A program made the position numbers and the translations under genes. From Vitrella brassicaformis CCMP3155 (Eukaryota; Protista; Chromerida), in assembly GCA_001179505.1 (NCBI GenBank), contig CDMY01000117.1, positions 124,001 through 188,000 on the forward strand: DNA of 64,000 nucleotides, in the 5' to 3' direction. The notes under the pieces are model-generated. The model ran no database searches. It was not told the origin of the DNA and saw only the letters and a program-made list of their open reading frames with translations. Below are positions 49,184 through 60,242 of this stretch, piece by piece (position 1 is the stretch's first letter; each line of letters opens with the position of its first letter).

Positions 49184-50112
49184 NNNNNNNNNNNNNNNNN
49201 NNNNNNNNNNNNNNNNNNNNNNNNNNNNNNNNNNNNNNNNNNNNNNNNNNNNNNNNNNNNNNNNNNNNNNNNNNNNNNNNNNNNNNNNNNNNNNNNNNNN
49301 NNNNNNNNNNNNNNNNNNNNNNNNNNNNNNNNNNNNNNNNNNNNNNNNNNNNNNNNNNNNNNNNNNNNNNNNNNNNNNNNNNNNNNNNNNNNNNNNNNNN
49401 NNNNNNNNNNNNNNNNNNNNNNNNNNNNNNNNNNNNNNNNNNNNNNNNNNNNNNNNNNNNNNNNNNNNNNNNNNNNNNNNNNNGTGTGTGGTGTGTCTTC
49501 TCTGTGTGTGGGTGCATCTCATAGGCCCCCCCCCACACACACACATCCCCCCCCTCCGCACGCACGCACACACACACACACACACTCTGTCTGTGTGTGT
49601 TAGTCATGCGAAGGCGCCCGAAGGGCCGAGCCTGAGCCTGTCTGTGTGTGTTGTCTGTGTGTGTGCGCATCACACGCGACACCCCACAGACAGCCACTCA
49701 CCCCTGCACTCATCGGTTGTCTCTCCCTCTCTCTCTGTGTCCATGGCTTTTTTGCCAACTTGGCGATGCCGTGTAGACATGAGTATTGACTGTAGAGCTT
49801 TACCGTAACCGATTCTGTCTGCCAACGCCCATCGGTTTGCCATTCGTCCTTTCCACCAAATTGCACCTCTCACCACTTCACCGCAATCACCCCATCGATA
49901 CCCCCCCTGCAGCATACCCACTTCTCACACACGCAAGGCCATCCGCTCAAACTCACCACACACACAGCCCATCACACCAGCAACCATTCCCCGGCCTCCC
50001 AGCACCCCTGCAATGGGAAAAAGCCTCCAAAGCGAAAGCATTAGGGTTGGGGTTTGTCAGGGTTCCAAACCCTGCGAGCTTAGACGTGCTGCGAGGAAAG
50101 ATTTCGGCAACA

Positions 50113-51413
50113 ATGGCGGCTTCTGCGGACACGAACAAGCCACTGTCGCTTCCTGTGCTTCAGGTGATGTGAATCAATGACTCACGAGAACAGATCATCA
50201 CCCTTGTGCTTCGCGTGTGTTCGTCTGTTGCAGGACCTGATCAAGAGAGATCCTGAAGCATACAGAGAAGAGTCAGTACAGACACCGACATTAACACACG
50301 CAGAGAGAGAGATGCACATAAGAGAAATGTGTGTTTCGTGTGTTTGTGTGTGTAGGTATGAGTCGCAGGAGGCCCACTTCTCGTCGAGTCTGTCCATTTT
50401 GCGGCTGAAGCCCAACAAATATGACAAAGACTTCAACGAACTCACCATGCTCCTCACACACGTAACGTACACATGGCATACAGTACACCGTCACACGTCC
50501 CCTGTGTGTCTGTGGCATATGTGTTGGTGTGTGTGTGTAGGTGACGCCCTGCTACCAGAACCAGCAAAATCAGCAGCAGCAAAACACTGCCGCTGCGACG
50601 AACAGCAGTGCCGCCGGTAAGTCGTTGCGTGTCTGCCNNNNNNNNNNNNNNNNNNNNNNNNNNNNNNNNNNNNNNNNNNNNNNNNNNNNNNNNNNNNNNN
50701 NNNNNNNNNNNNNNNNNNNNNNNNNNNNNNNNNNNNNNNNNNNNNNNNNNNNNNNNNNNNNNNNNNNNNNNNNNNNNNNNNNNNNNNNNNNNNNNNNNNN
50801 NNNNNNNNNNNNNNNNNNNNNNNNNNNNNNNNNNNNNNNNNNNNNNNNNNNNNNNNNNNNNNNNNNNNNNNNNNNNNNNNNNNNNNNNNNNNNNNNNNNN
50901 NNNNNNNNNNNNNNNNNNNNNNNNNNNNNNNNNNNNNGGTGACGTGCACTCGGTGAGGTGGTGCCGGTACACCTACACATGAATGGGCGTGTTGTGTGTG
51001 TGTGTGTGTGTGTGTGATGTGGTGGTGCAGGCCGACACTGATCGAGTAAATCCCGACGACCTGCGTGGCGTGAGCAAGAAGAAGCGGACTCGAGCAGAGA
51101 AGCTCGCGAGTGTGCTCAGGGGTCGCGTTGACAAGAAGAACAAAGGCACACACACACCACAGAGAGAGAGAGAGAGAGAAACAGAGAGCCATCCCTCCTT
51201 ATTTATCGATGCGTGTGCACCGATGCAGGCAAGAACAAGGGTGCTGGTGCTGCATCAGCTGCGGTTGTGTCGATGCCGAATGCGGTCAAGAGCCGCAACA
51301 AGCCCATCATGATGATGCGCAACAAGCGGGCACTCATGGCCGGCCTCCGCAAACACATCAAGAACCAGCTGAGGATGAAGACCGGCGGCAAAGCCAGGAG
51401 ACGCAAGAAGTGA
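50113..51413 (+). CDS. SDA1: SDA1 60S ribosome biogenesis factor; only N- and C-termini are present, the middle lies in the gap
   Basis: LPVLQ|DLIKRDPEAYREE..LRLKPNK..ELTMLLTH|VTPCY, and C-terminal RAEKLASVLRGR..NAVKSRNKPIMMMR. Confidence 0.88.
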
Positions 51414-52075
51414 ATAAGCGGATGAATGGGAGTGATGTCACTAAGACGTACTCAGCATAATTATGTTGGATCGCTTGTGGGCGGGCCAGAAGTCAACAAG
51501 CAGAATGAATGAGTTGGGTGCTGCATGTTGTGCGAGTCGATTTGTGGATATGTCGATTGATGGGTGCATGGGTGTCGGTGCGACGACATCCATGGGGTCT
51601 CGTGCAAAGACGCCATGGGTCAGGTCGCCATCGGCTGCGTGCACACACGAAGAGTGCACGACACGCGCAGACAGACAGACAGACAGACGGACGGATGGAT
51701 GGATGGATGGACGTGCGCAGCAGTGTGATGAGAACGAATAAAGGTTGACACGCATATCATCGCGTATGCACATGGACACCCGAATGAATTGTCCATCCAT
51801 CAGGCCATCAAGTCTGAGCGAGTCGCTATGAAGCTAGCTTGCTGCCGGCAGCCATCAACCATGAGTGCCAATCCTCCTCTACGTCCACGCATGAGCTACC
51901 TGCACATCACAGATGCTGATCCTGTTGTCTGCTGCCTTGTCATCTCACCTTCCCTGTCGCTGCCTATGTTGTGCCGTCACCTCCGTTCAGCCGCTCAGCA
52001 CCTGCACACAGTCAGACACACAGAGCAGTGTTGGCCACGGCCAGCCACCCATATGCTTGCCACCTTGTCGCGCCC

Positions 52076-54019
52076 TCACTCACTCACCTGCCACACCTCC
52101 ATCTCAGTGCACGTGAAGTCGATGGTCTGCGCCAATGTGCCATCGCCGTCTTCATCCCTCTCGCCAGTGTATCCCCCTGACAGGTCTTCATTAATATTCA
52201 TCCACTGATTGCAGCTGCTGAGGTCGGCCACCGGACCACGCCGACCAAACCCCAGACACAGGACTCCAGGAGGACTGCGACCGATGCACACGTTGGCGAT
52301 CATCCGGCCCTCAATGCTCCTCACCGCTCCCTGTGTGCCGGCCACCTCAACCTTCTGCCTGTCCTCCGGCAGCTCGATCTTGGTCGGCGTCTCGTACGCA
52401 CCCGACAGCGAGAAGAAGAAGACGGGCACCTTGTACCAGTTGGTCCGTCTGGGATCGTCTGGCGGTGTGAGAGGACCGTCGATGAAGCAGCCGAATCGGT
52501 GTGTGTCGCCGTCTCGGAGGGCGAAGAGCAGACCGCTCTTGCCGGTCACCTTGTTGAGGAAGGAGGCATACGTAAACGTGTCACGACTCGACCTGATATC
52601 AGCGCACAACAACGATGTCTGTGTGCCCGGCATGTCTGTCTGAGCTCACTTGTAAAGCAGTGACGGCGCCACGGCGATCCTCTTGTCGGCCATCTTCATC
52701 ACCGCCAGCCACTCGTCGGCCGTCTTGATGATCGTGCTGTCCGCCGGCACCGGCGGGATCGAACTGAGGCCGTACATTCCCAACTCGACAGCGAAGATGG
52801 CCTTCTCGGCCGGCGCCACCACCGGCGGATGGACGAACCGGCCAGCCGGCATGACGGCCAAACGGCGAGCAAAGTCGACGATGAGTTGCAGAAACCTGAA
52901 GGATGTTTGGTGGGCCTCCTGGTCGGGCCACTGAGTCCTGAAGAACAAAACACCACACACGTAGACACACATCGATGCTGTGTGTGTCGGGGGTCTTCTT
53001 TCGTACGGATCGAAACGCTTGACGAGTGCGTGAGCTGGCCCGAGGGGCGCGATGGTGCGGCGGAGGACCGACACATCCTCATCAGACACGCTCAGTGTCA
53101 TCAGCTCGATGTCTTCATCGCTGCTGTCGCCCTTGACGAACGGGCGCATCGCCGTCAGGAAGCCCTCCATGCGGCGCTTCTTGGCCCGCAGCGCCTCCAG
53201 CACACGACGATAGCTGCTCATGCACTCGTCGATCTGCCGAAAGGCCTCCTCGACACCCATCCCACCCCCATCACCCCCTGCCCCCTGGTCGCCGCCGTCG
53301 TCCTTCTTGCCATTGCCATCGGCCATCTCCACATCGCCCTGCCCGGCTCCCCCTCCACCTGCCGCTGCCGAGGCCGCTGCTGCAGCCGATGAGGCCAAGG
53401 CCTGTGGCTGCTCCTCGATCTCGATCTCGCCGCCCACCTTCTGCTCGATGAACAGCGAGTGGTGCTCGGCATAAGACGGATCGTCGGCCTCCGGTGAGTG
53501 GATGGTGATCTCATCCAAATGGGGGCTCTCGAGGAGTGCCAGCCGGTCTCGCAGCCATTTGAAGTAAGCCGGGTGCATCTCGAGGAAGGGCAGCTGATTG
53601 GCGTCCTTGGGCAGCTGGTCGGTGAAGTGCAGCAGTAGCGTCGAGAGGTACGTCGTCTTCATCTTGCGATGCAGAAGTGCCGACACGGGAATGGACATAA
53701 CAGTGCCGCCCACATTGAGCCGAATGCGGCCGTCCTTCCGCCGCGGCTCGATGGTGCCTCCATTGGCTGTGATGAGCTGCTTGATCTCCGAACTTAGCGC
53801 CTCGATTTCCTTCTCCGCCAGCTGTTTGGCCGTCCTGGTGATCTGGCTGAAGGTGTCCACAGAGGTAGCCGCGGCCTTGACCAGCAGATCTCCCTCCTCC
53901 AGACCAGTGGTGACACCGTGAAGACGAGATGGGAGGACGGCCTCGTCATCAGCTGCCCTGCCGTCGTTGTCTTTGCGCTTTTTGGAGCTGCCAGACGCTG
54001 CGGCGGAGGCTGCCGACAT
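52076..54019 (-). CDS. Coiled-coil / BTB (KCTD-type) x2 / TLDc protein
   Basis: IRLNVGGTV..LPFLEMHPAYFKWLRD (BTB); a second degenerate BTB LMTLSVSDEDVSVLRRT; TLDc LLYK|SSRD..FLNKV..LLFAL..HRFGCF..FFFSL..FTCTEMEVWQV. Confidence 0.85.
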
Positions 54020-55715
54020 CGCTGATCTATGGCGGGAAGAAAGGAACGAGGAAGTCCGCTTCCCTCCCGCGAGCTGGGAAGCTCGCAAATATGGCCAGGA
54101 TTCGCGACACATGGTGGCCGTGCCCGATTCCAGCAGCGCGCCCACACCCGACGCACTGCAGGCAGAAGGACAGAGTGGTCTTAGCCTTAGCGTTCGGTGG
54201 TCCGTGCCAGTCACGTCATGCAGCCTAGACAGACAGACAGGCAGACAGACAGACAGAGTGGTGGTTAAACTGACACTAACAAAGTTCACTGACACTAACA
54301 AAGTTGACAACGGGGGCAACCGACACCCCAAACACGCACTCACCCAACCGCCCACAACACATTGTCAAAAGTCACAAGAGCACCATCAGGTATTAAGAGA
54401 CGAGCAAGACAAGACAGTCAGTGTAGACTGTGTGTGTGTCTTGCGGCAGAAATGACTAGCGGGCGCTGGGGACCCGGCGACGGGAGAGGGGTAGACAGAC
54501 AGATGGGATGGATGAAGGTACCATGGCACGGAGGCCGGCAGATACAGACATAGTCAGTCGACTCGGCTGTCGAGGGGAGGGAGGGAGGGACGGAGGGAAA
54601 GAGGGAGGGAGGGAGGCAAAACCAGCTGAACAGAGGACACGTACATACGTACACACGCGCATCGGTGGGTGGATGGAGAGACAGAGAGATAGGAACTAGC
54701 AGACACACTCACCGGCAGAAAAGGCGGGCAGAGATCTCGCACACACACACACACAGACATACACACATCCAGACATACCTATAAGGAGAACGCCACGAAG
54801 GGAAAAGGAGGCAGACAGACAGACAGACAGAGACAGAAAGCCCCACAACTCCGGAATACACACCCAACACCAACTCACTCACTCAGTCACTCACTCACTC
54901 ACTCCTCCATCCATCCATCCAGAAACACGCAGGCACAAAAGTCACAAGTGCTGCTGCATGGCGTGGCAAGGGGGGCTGGGGACTGCATAAATCATCAGCC
55001 ACTGACTCTGACTCAATCACTCAGTCACTCACTCAGTCACTCACTGAGTAACACAGCTCTCGTCTGCCCTGCCTCCTTCAGCTACTTATTAAACGGTGCA
55101 CAACGGCTTAAGTAATGCGTGTGAATCTGGTGCACTGCCTGTCTGTCTGTCTGTCAGTCAGTCCGTCTGTGTGCCCCCAATCAGCACATCAATCAGGCAA
55201 GCAGACAGACGGACAGGCAGTCCACCCACCCTCCCCCCTCCCCGTTCAAAATGCCGCCTCGCTTAGCAGAGAGCGCGGTCGTACGCCTGTGTGTCTACGA
55301 ACAGCATAACTGCGATAGACGTCTGTGTGTTTGTTTCCCCGTGTCAGGTCTAGTGTGTGAATGTGTGTGTATGCGCCTACTATCATTGATCGATCGATCG
55401 TAAAGCTAGCTAGAGACACCAAACACCAACTCACCAACAGCCACACACCATGTACCAGACCAGATCAGCACTGCCATCCATCCATCCATAAAGGAAAGAA
55501 CAAAAGCAACTGGCGCCGGCTGGCCGCATCACCCACGAGCCAGCCACACACACAACACAGAGAGGCAGACAGACAGGCAGACAGACAGGCAGGCAGACAG
55601 GCAGACAGACAGGCAGACAGACAAGTACAAAACCTGCCACCAACGCCGAAGTACCAAACATCCAAACCCATCCCCTCTCTCGCTCTCGCTCTCCCTCCAT
55701 CTCCTCTCAATCACG

Positions 55716-58103
55716 TCACGAAGCCATCCACCGGAAGAAATTGGCAATGCTCGTCATCATCCCCGGCGACCCCTGCCCGCCACCAACACCCCCGGGAGCC
55801 CCCCTCACTGGCTGTGGGACGACAGGGATCGGCCCACCCGACATGCCCGGGATGGGCTCGAGTGCGCGGTAGGCGGCGGTGTGTCTGAGGGGGAGGTGTG
55901 GGGGGTCCACTGAGTGCAGGTGGTTGAAGGCGACAAACACCAGAGCGGGATCGTCTGCGTCGGCGAAGGAAGTGAGCTCTCCCTGATGGAAGTGACACAC
56001 ACACACACACACAGAGGTGGCTGGATGGGTGGCTGAGTGGATGCAGTGGCTTACCCGGACAAGCTGCTCTGGTCTTGTGGGGTTCTGGAGGATGACCGTC
56101 ACGGGCTGCGGTGGGTGTCTGAAAGCCGCGTCGCTCTTGATGTGGCCAATCGCCCATGCGTTGAGTAAGGTGGACAGCGGCATACCTGCACACACACACA
56201 CACGCTTTGTCTTTACGTCTGTCTCTCTCTGTGTGCTCATCAGTCAGCGCACCTTCCAGCGTCCGTGCGGTCCAGCTGTTGAGGAGAGTGGAACTTTCGA
56301 CGATCATGTCTTCCTGTGTGTCGGCGACGATTGTGGCGTCGACGGTGGCCTCCAGCACTCGGGAGAGGATGCCCACTCGGTGCTCCAGGGACGCCTTCTC
56401 GCGCTTGCGCTCCGTCACGTCCTGCAAAAACACCAAGTGTCGTCAAACAGAGGGTGGAGGAGAATTCACAAATCGCATACACGAGACGGTTCTTTATCGC
56501 ATAGGTAATGACCGATGACCTTCTCTCTCTCTCTCCCTCTCTCTAGGTGGGGTCATCGCATCGGCTGCGCACCGCACCTGGATGTAGCCGTATATGATGG
56601 TCGACGTGGGCGAGGCCCGTCTGCCTCCCGCTTGGAAGAAGCGAATCTCGCCGTCAGACCTCTCGTAGCGGATCTGACACAACCACACCGACACGTCCAC
56701 CCGTCCACACACTCGTCCTTGCGTACGTTCATGTCGTAGGGCTCCCCCTGGTCGACGCACTTGACGATCGCCCGCTCGATCCTGCCGCGGTCGTTGGGGT
56801 GCACGTGCTGCGTCCAGAAGCCCCGCAGCCGCTCGTCGGTCAGGGCTATGTCGCCGGCATTCTTGTCGTCGCCACCAGGACCGATAGGCAGGCTGACAAC
56901 CATACACACCACAAGGACATCCAGCCACTCGCGCCTCGCTCGCTCGCTCGCTCGCTCGCTCGCTCCCTCTATATGTGGGCTCACTTACTCAAAGTCCATC
57001 GGCAGAACGATCTCGCCCAGTGTGGAATCGTCCGTCGCGTTCTCGCCGCCATGGTGATCCCCCCTTCCACCAGCAGACCGCGCCGAGCGCTTCTCCTTTG
57101 ACCCAGCACTCTTCGCCGACCCGCCGCCCATCTCGCTATCCACCTTCCCATCGTCGACCATCCCTTTCGGCTGTAGCGGGGCGGGGCTCGGCCGCGGCGG
57201 CGTCGGCTGATCCGACGTGACCGTCGCCATCATCAACGAGCCCGCCCTGGTCGTCGGGGTGCGCGTCGCCGGTGTCGCCGAAAGGGATGACGATGCAGCA
57301 GGGTGGATGGGCGGCTTTAACGTGTGCACTGCATGTGCGCGGTAGGTGTGCAGTGCGCCGACAGAAAGGCCGACATTGACGCTAGCAGGGGCTGATGCCT
57401 CGCTGGGTGCGAGGGCGGGGGCGACGGGGCCGTCGAGAAGGCGCGCGTAGGGCACTCTGCCGGTGGGCTGTCTGGATGAGCGGCCCGTGAGGCCCTCGAT
57501 GACGCGGGTCTGGTAGAAATGGGTCTCCATGGGGCCCGAGGCGTCCCACTCCCTGCAGGGCACACACACACGGATAGGCGTAGACAACAAGGGGCATATA
57601 TAATGGGGTGATTGGCTGCGTACCAGGCGGCGATGTCGACCATGAAGGCGAAGCTCTCGAGCAGTCGGCGGCGCTGGCCCTTCTCGCGGGCAACCTGCAC
57701 ACACGCAACACCCATACAGACACGTGTGTGTGCGGGCGGGCATTTGCCTTCTATCTAATCGTCTGACCCGATTGGTGTTGAAGACCGTGGATCTGTAGAA
57801 CAACTCGAAGTGGCGGCTGGCGACCAGCAACAGCAGACCCACCACTAAACACACGCCAAGGACACATACAGAGAGAGAGAGAGCCGTCCGATTGAGACTG
57901 TCACACAGCCCCCAAGCAGTGCAGCTGCTCACCGGGGTAGAGCTGGATGAAGACCTCATCTGAAAAGATGCCGTCGACAACGGCCTTGCTGATGAGGTGC
58001 ACGGCCACCAGCCCCAGCACTGCCAACGACTGGCACTTGAAGACCAGAAAGGCCAAAGTGAGGAGGCCCAAGTTGTCAAGGTCAGTCCTGACAACGACGC
58101 ACA

Positions 58104-58138
<35 letters not shown>

Positions 58139-59117
58139 GGACGTGGCTGTGTGAGTGTGATGAATGTGTGTGTCGGCTTGGGTACCCGGAATAGTGCTCG
58201 GCCATCTTCTCAGAAATGAACTCCTCCCCGCCAAACTCCTCGCCAAACTCCTCGCCAAACTCCGCGAAGTCGTCTTCGTCGATCTCGTGCTCTCCGACCA
58301 ACTCGGCACCATCGATCAATTCCTTGTGCATAGTTACGGTCGCCATGCAGGCGATGAAGAAAAAGTACAACACCCACCACTCAGCGCGATAAAAAGGCTG
58401 CAGTGCATTCTGGAGACACAGACAGAGACCCCATCCATCTATCCATCTATCCATCCAATTGAGCCTACTTCGAGCATGACGAGGAGTTTCCCCTGGTTGC
58501 GGACGTTGCTCCAGTCCTCCCCATCGCCTCGGGTGATGGCCAGACACATGTACCACCGCACCAGCATCTTGTGGAGCAGGGCATATGTGATAATGGCCAC
58601 GGCCACGATGAGCGGCACCGTCATCCGCCGCCACCAGACATCGCCCATCCCATGCGCCCTGGTCTCGAACCACAGCACAACGGCGTACGCGATCCAGGCA
58701 ACGGAGAATATCACACCGGCGGTCTTGAGGGTCTCCTGCAGGCAGACAGACAGATGCATTGCCGGTACGCGTGTCGATGTGCTGACAGGCCAGCTGACTG
58801 ACCTGAGTGTCTTCCTTGCAGAGCCTCTGGTACTGGAACTCCAGCTCGGGATCTTTGAATTTCATGCAGATGAACGGCAGACCCGACCACTGCACACGAC
58901 ACACACGATGAAAACGCATCATTCCATTCTCCCTCCCTCCCTCCCTCCCTCTGACCCGATTGACGCATCCGATTGACCCCCATTTGCTCTTGAAGCTCTT
59001 GACGAACTTGCCGCAGTAGGCGAAGATGCTGGCCGGCACGAGCATCTCGATGGCCACGTTGATGTTGGCATTGGCGCTGTTAGACATCCCGGCGCCATGC
59101 TCGCTGTGCAGCTGCAT
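55716..59117 (-). CDS. Multi-pass membrane protein with two PAS domains and no recognisable output domain (copy A)
   Basis: MKFKDPELEFQYQ followed by about 6 TM segments; PAS/PAC FWTQHVHPNDR..IRYERSDGEIRFF..IYGYIQ|DVTERK; second PAS RVLEATVDATIVAD; ends ANFFRWMAS*. The true start may lie further upstream. Confidence 0.75.
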
Positions 59118-59763
59118 CTGGGTCAGCGGGTCGCTCTTCTCGACCTTCTGGTGCTGTTGTTTGGCCTTATCGTCGCCGCCTGCCCGGATCTCCCTCCCTC
59201 GCCGGAGCCTTTCTTCCTTGCGAGCTTTTGTGAGGGCTGATCGTCATGGCTTTTCCCTTTTGAGCGCCGAGAGGGCGCACCTGAGGTGTCTGGAGACGAT
59301 GGCGACGAGTTTCGACAGAGCAGGCGGACCAGAACGCCTACCACACAGTTCCGACCGGCTTCAACTTGGCGGCACGACGACAGACCACCTCCCCATGTGC
59401 TCGACGACTGTGCATCACTCGTTCGCGACGGTAGGCATCTAATGTCTAAGTATGGAGGTGAGCAGATGCTATTTGAGCAGATGCACTCATTGCATGTGGT
59501 GTTTCGACGTATCTGTGTCCACGCACAGCACGCTTTGATGCGTGAGGTGAAGGACTTCAGGACTTTGGGATGATCTCAAGAGAGAGATACGAGGAGATCA
59601 CGCGTGGGCAAATCAGAGAATTGCTGCGGCCTTATAAGTGAGTTGAGCCCGTCATCGATCTCCAGCCTGGCGGGAAGTCAGCCAGGGGGCAGGTAGCTGG
59701 ACAGAAGAGGAAGCATATGTGGCTGGCATGGGTGATATGGCTAATGCAGTTGTGTACGAGGTC

Positions 59764-60242
59764 CATATAATTCGCAATCTTCTCGAACGGACGTTTTCTC
59801 GGTGAAGAACGGATGTTGAAGATTGTTTGTCTTCATGGAGATTCACTCACCTTGAGTGATCAATCATCAGTCAAACACCATATTTGCAATGAGTGAGTCA
59901 ATGAATGACCAGTTTCATATCAGCTTCCCTACTCATTCATTCAAATCTCTTTGACTCACTTTTATATGTAAACGCCGGGAAGAGAGCCCGTCCATACGTT
60001 GCCTGTACAAAGTCTATATGGGCTGTTTTCATGGTGTGATACATATGAAAGTGAGTCAAAGAGATTTGAATGAATGAGTAGGGAAGCAGTGACATGAAAG
60101 TGGTCATTCATTGACTTTATTTAGTGCAAATATGGTGATTGGCTGATGATTGACTCACTCCAGGTCTCCATGAAGGCAAACAATCACCAAAGTCCGTCTT
60201 TGACCGAGAAAAAGTGCGTTCGAGAAGATTGCGAATTGTATG
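59764..60242. repeat. Long imperfect inverted repeat (foldback): arms 59764-59970 and 60040-60242, 69-bp spacer
   Basis: The inner 48 nt (59923-59970 against 60040-60087) pair with a single T/G mismatch. The outer arms align with scattered substitutions and small indels. Confidence 0.92.

Larger units (their letters stand above)
27740..50937. other. Eight assembly gaps of exactly 300 N
   Basis: 27740-28039, 29085-29384, 32578-32877, 38804-39103, 42986-43285, 44128-44427, 49184-49483 and 50638-50937. Confidence 0.99.

Noticed and set aside
49484-49930. Possible small minus-strand gene divergent from SDA1 (MANRWALADRIG..DECR|gtgagt)
   Set aside because: A donor site and intron-like repeats are present, but there is no coherent downstream exon or homology, and the region abuts a gap.
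50040-50075. ttagggttggggttt telomere-like words and a small cagggtt..aaccctg hairpin
   Set aside because: Not a tandem array and too short to call an interstitial telomere or structured RNA.
55385-55415. (GATC)n and (AGCT)n palindromic runs recurring near gene ends (also ~1015, ~9145, ~28980, ~45085, ~61535)
   Set aside because: They could be 3'-end signals but cannot be told apart from the general tetranucleotide microsatellite background without genome-wide statistics.
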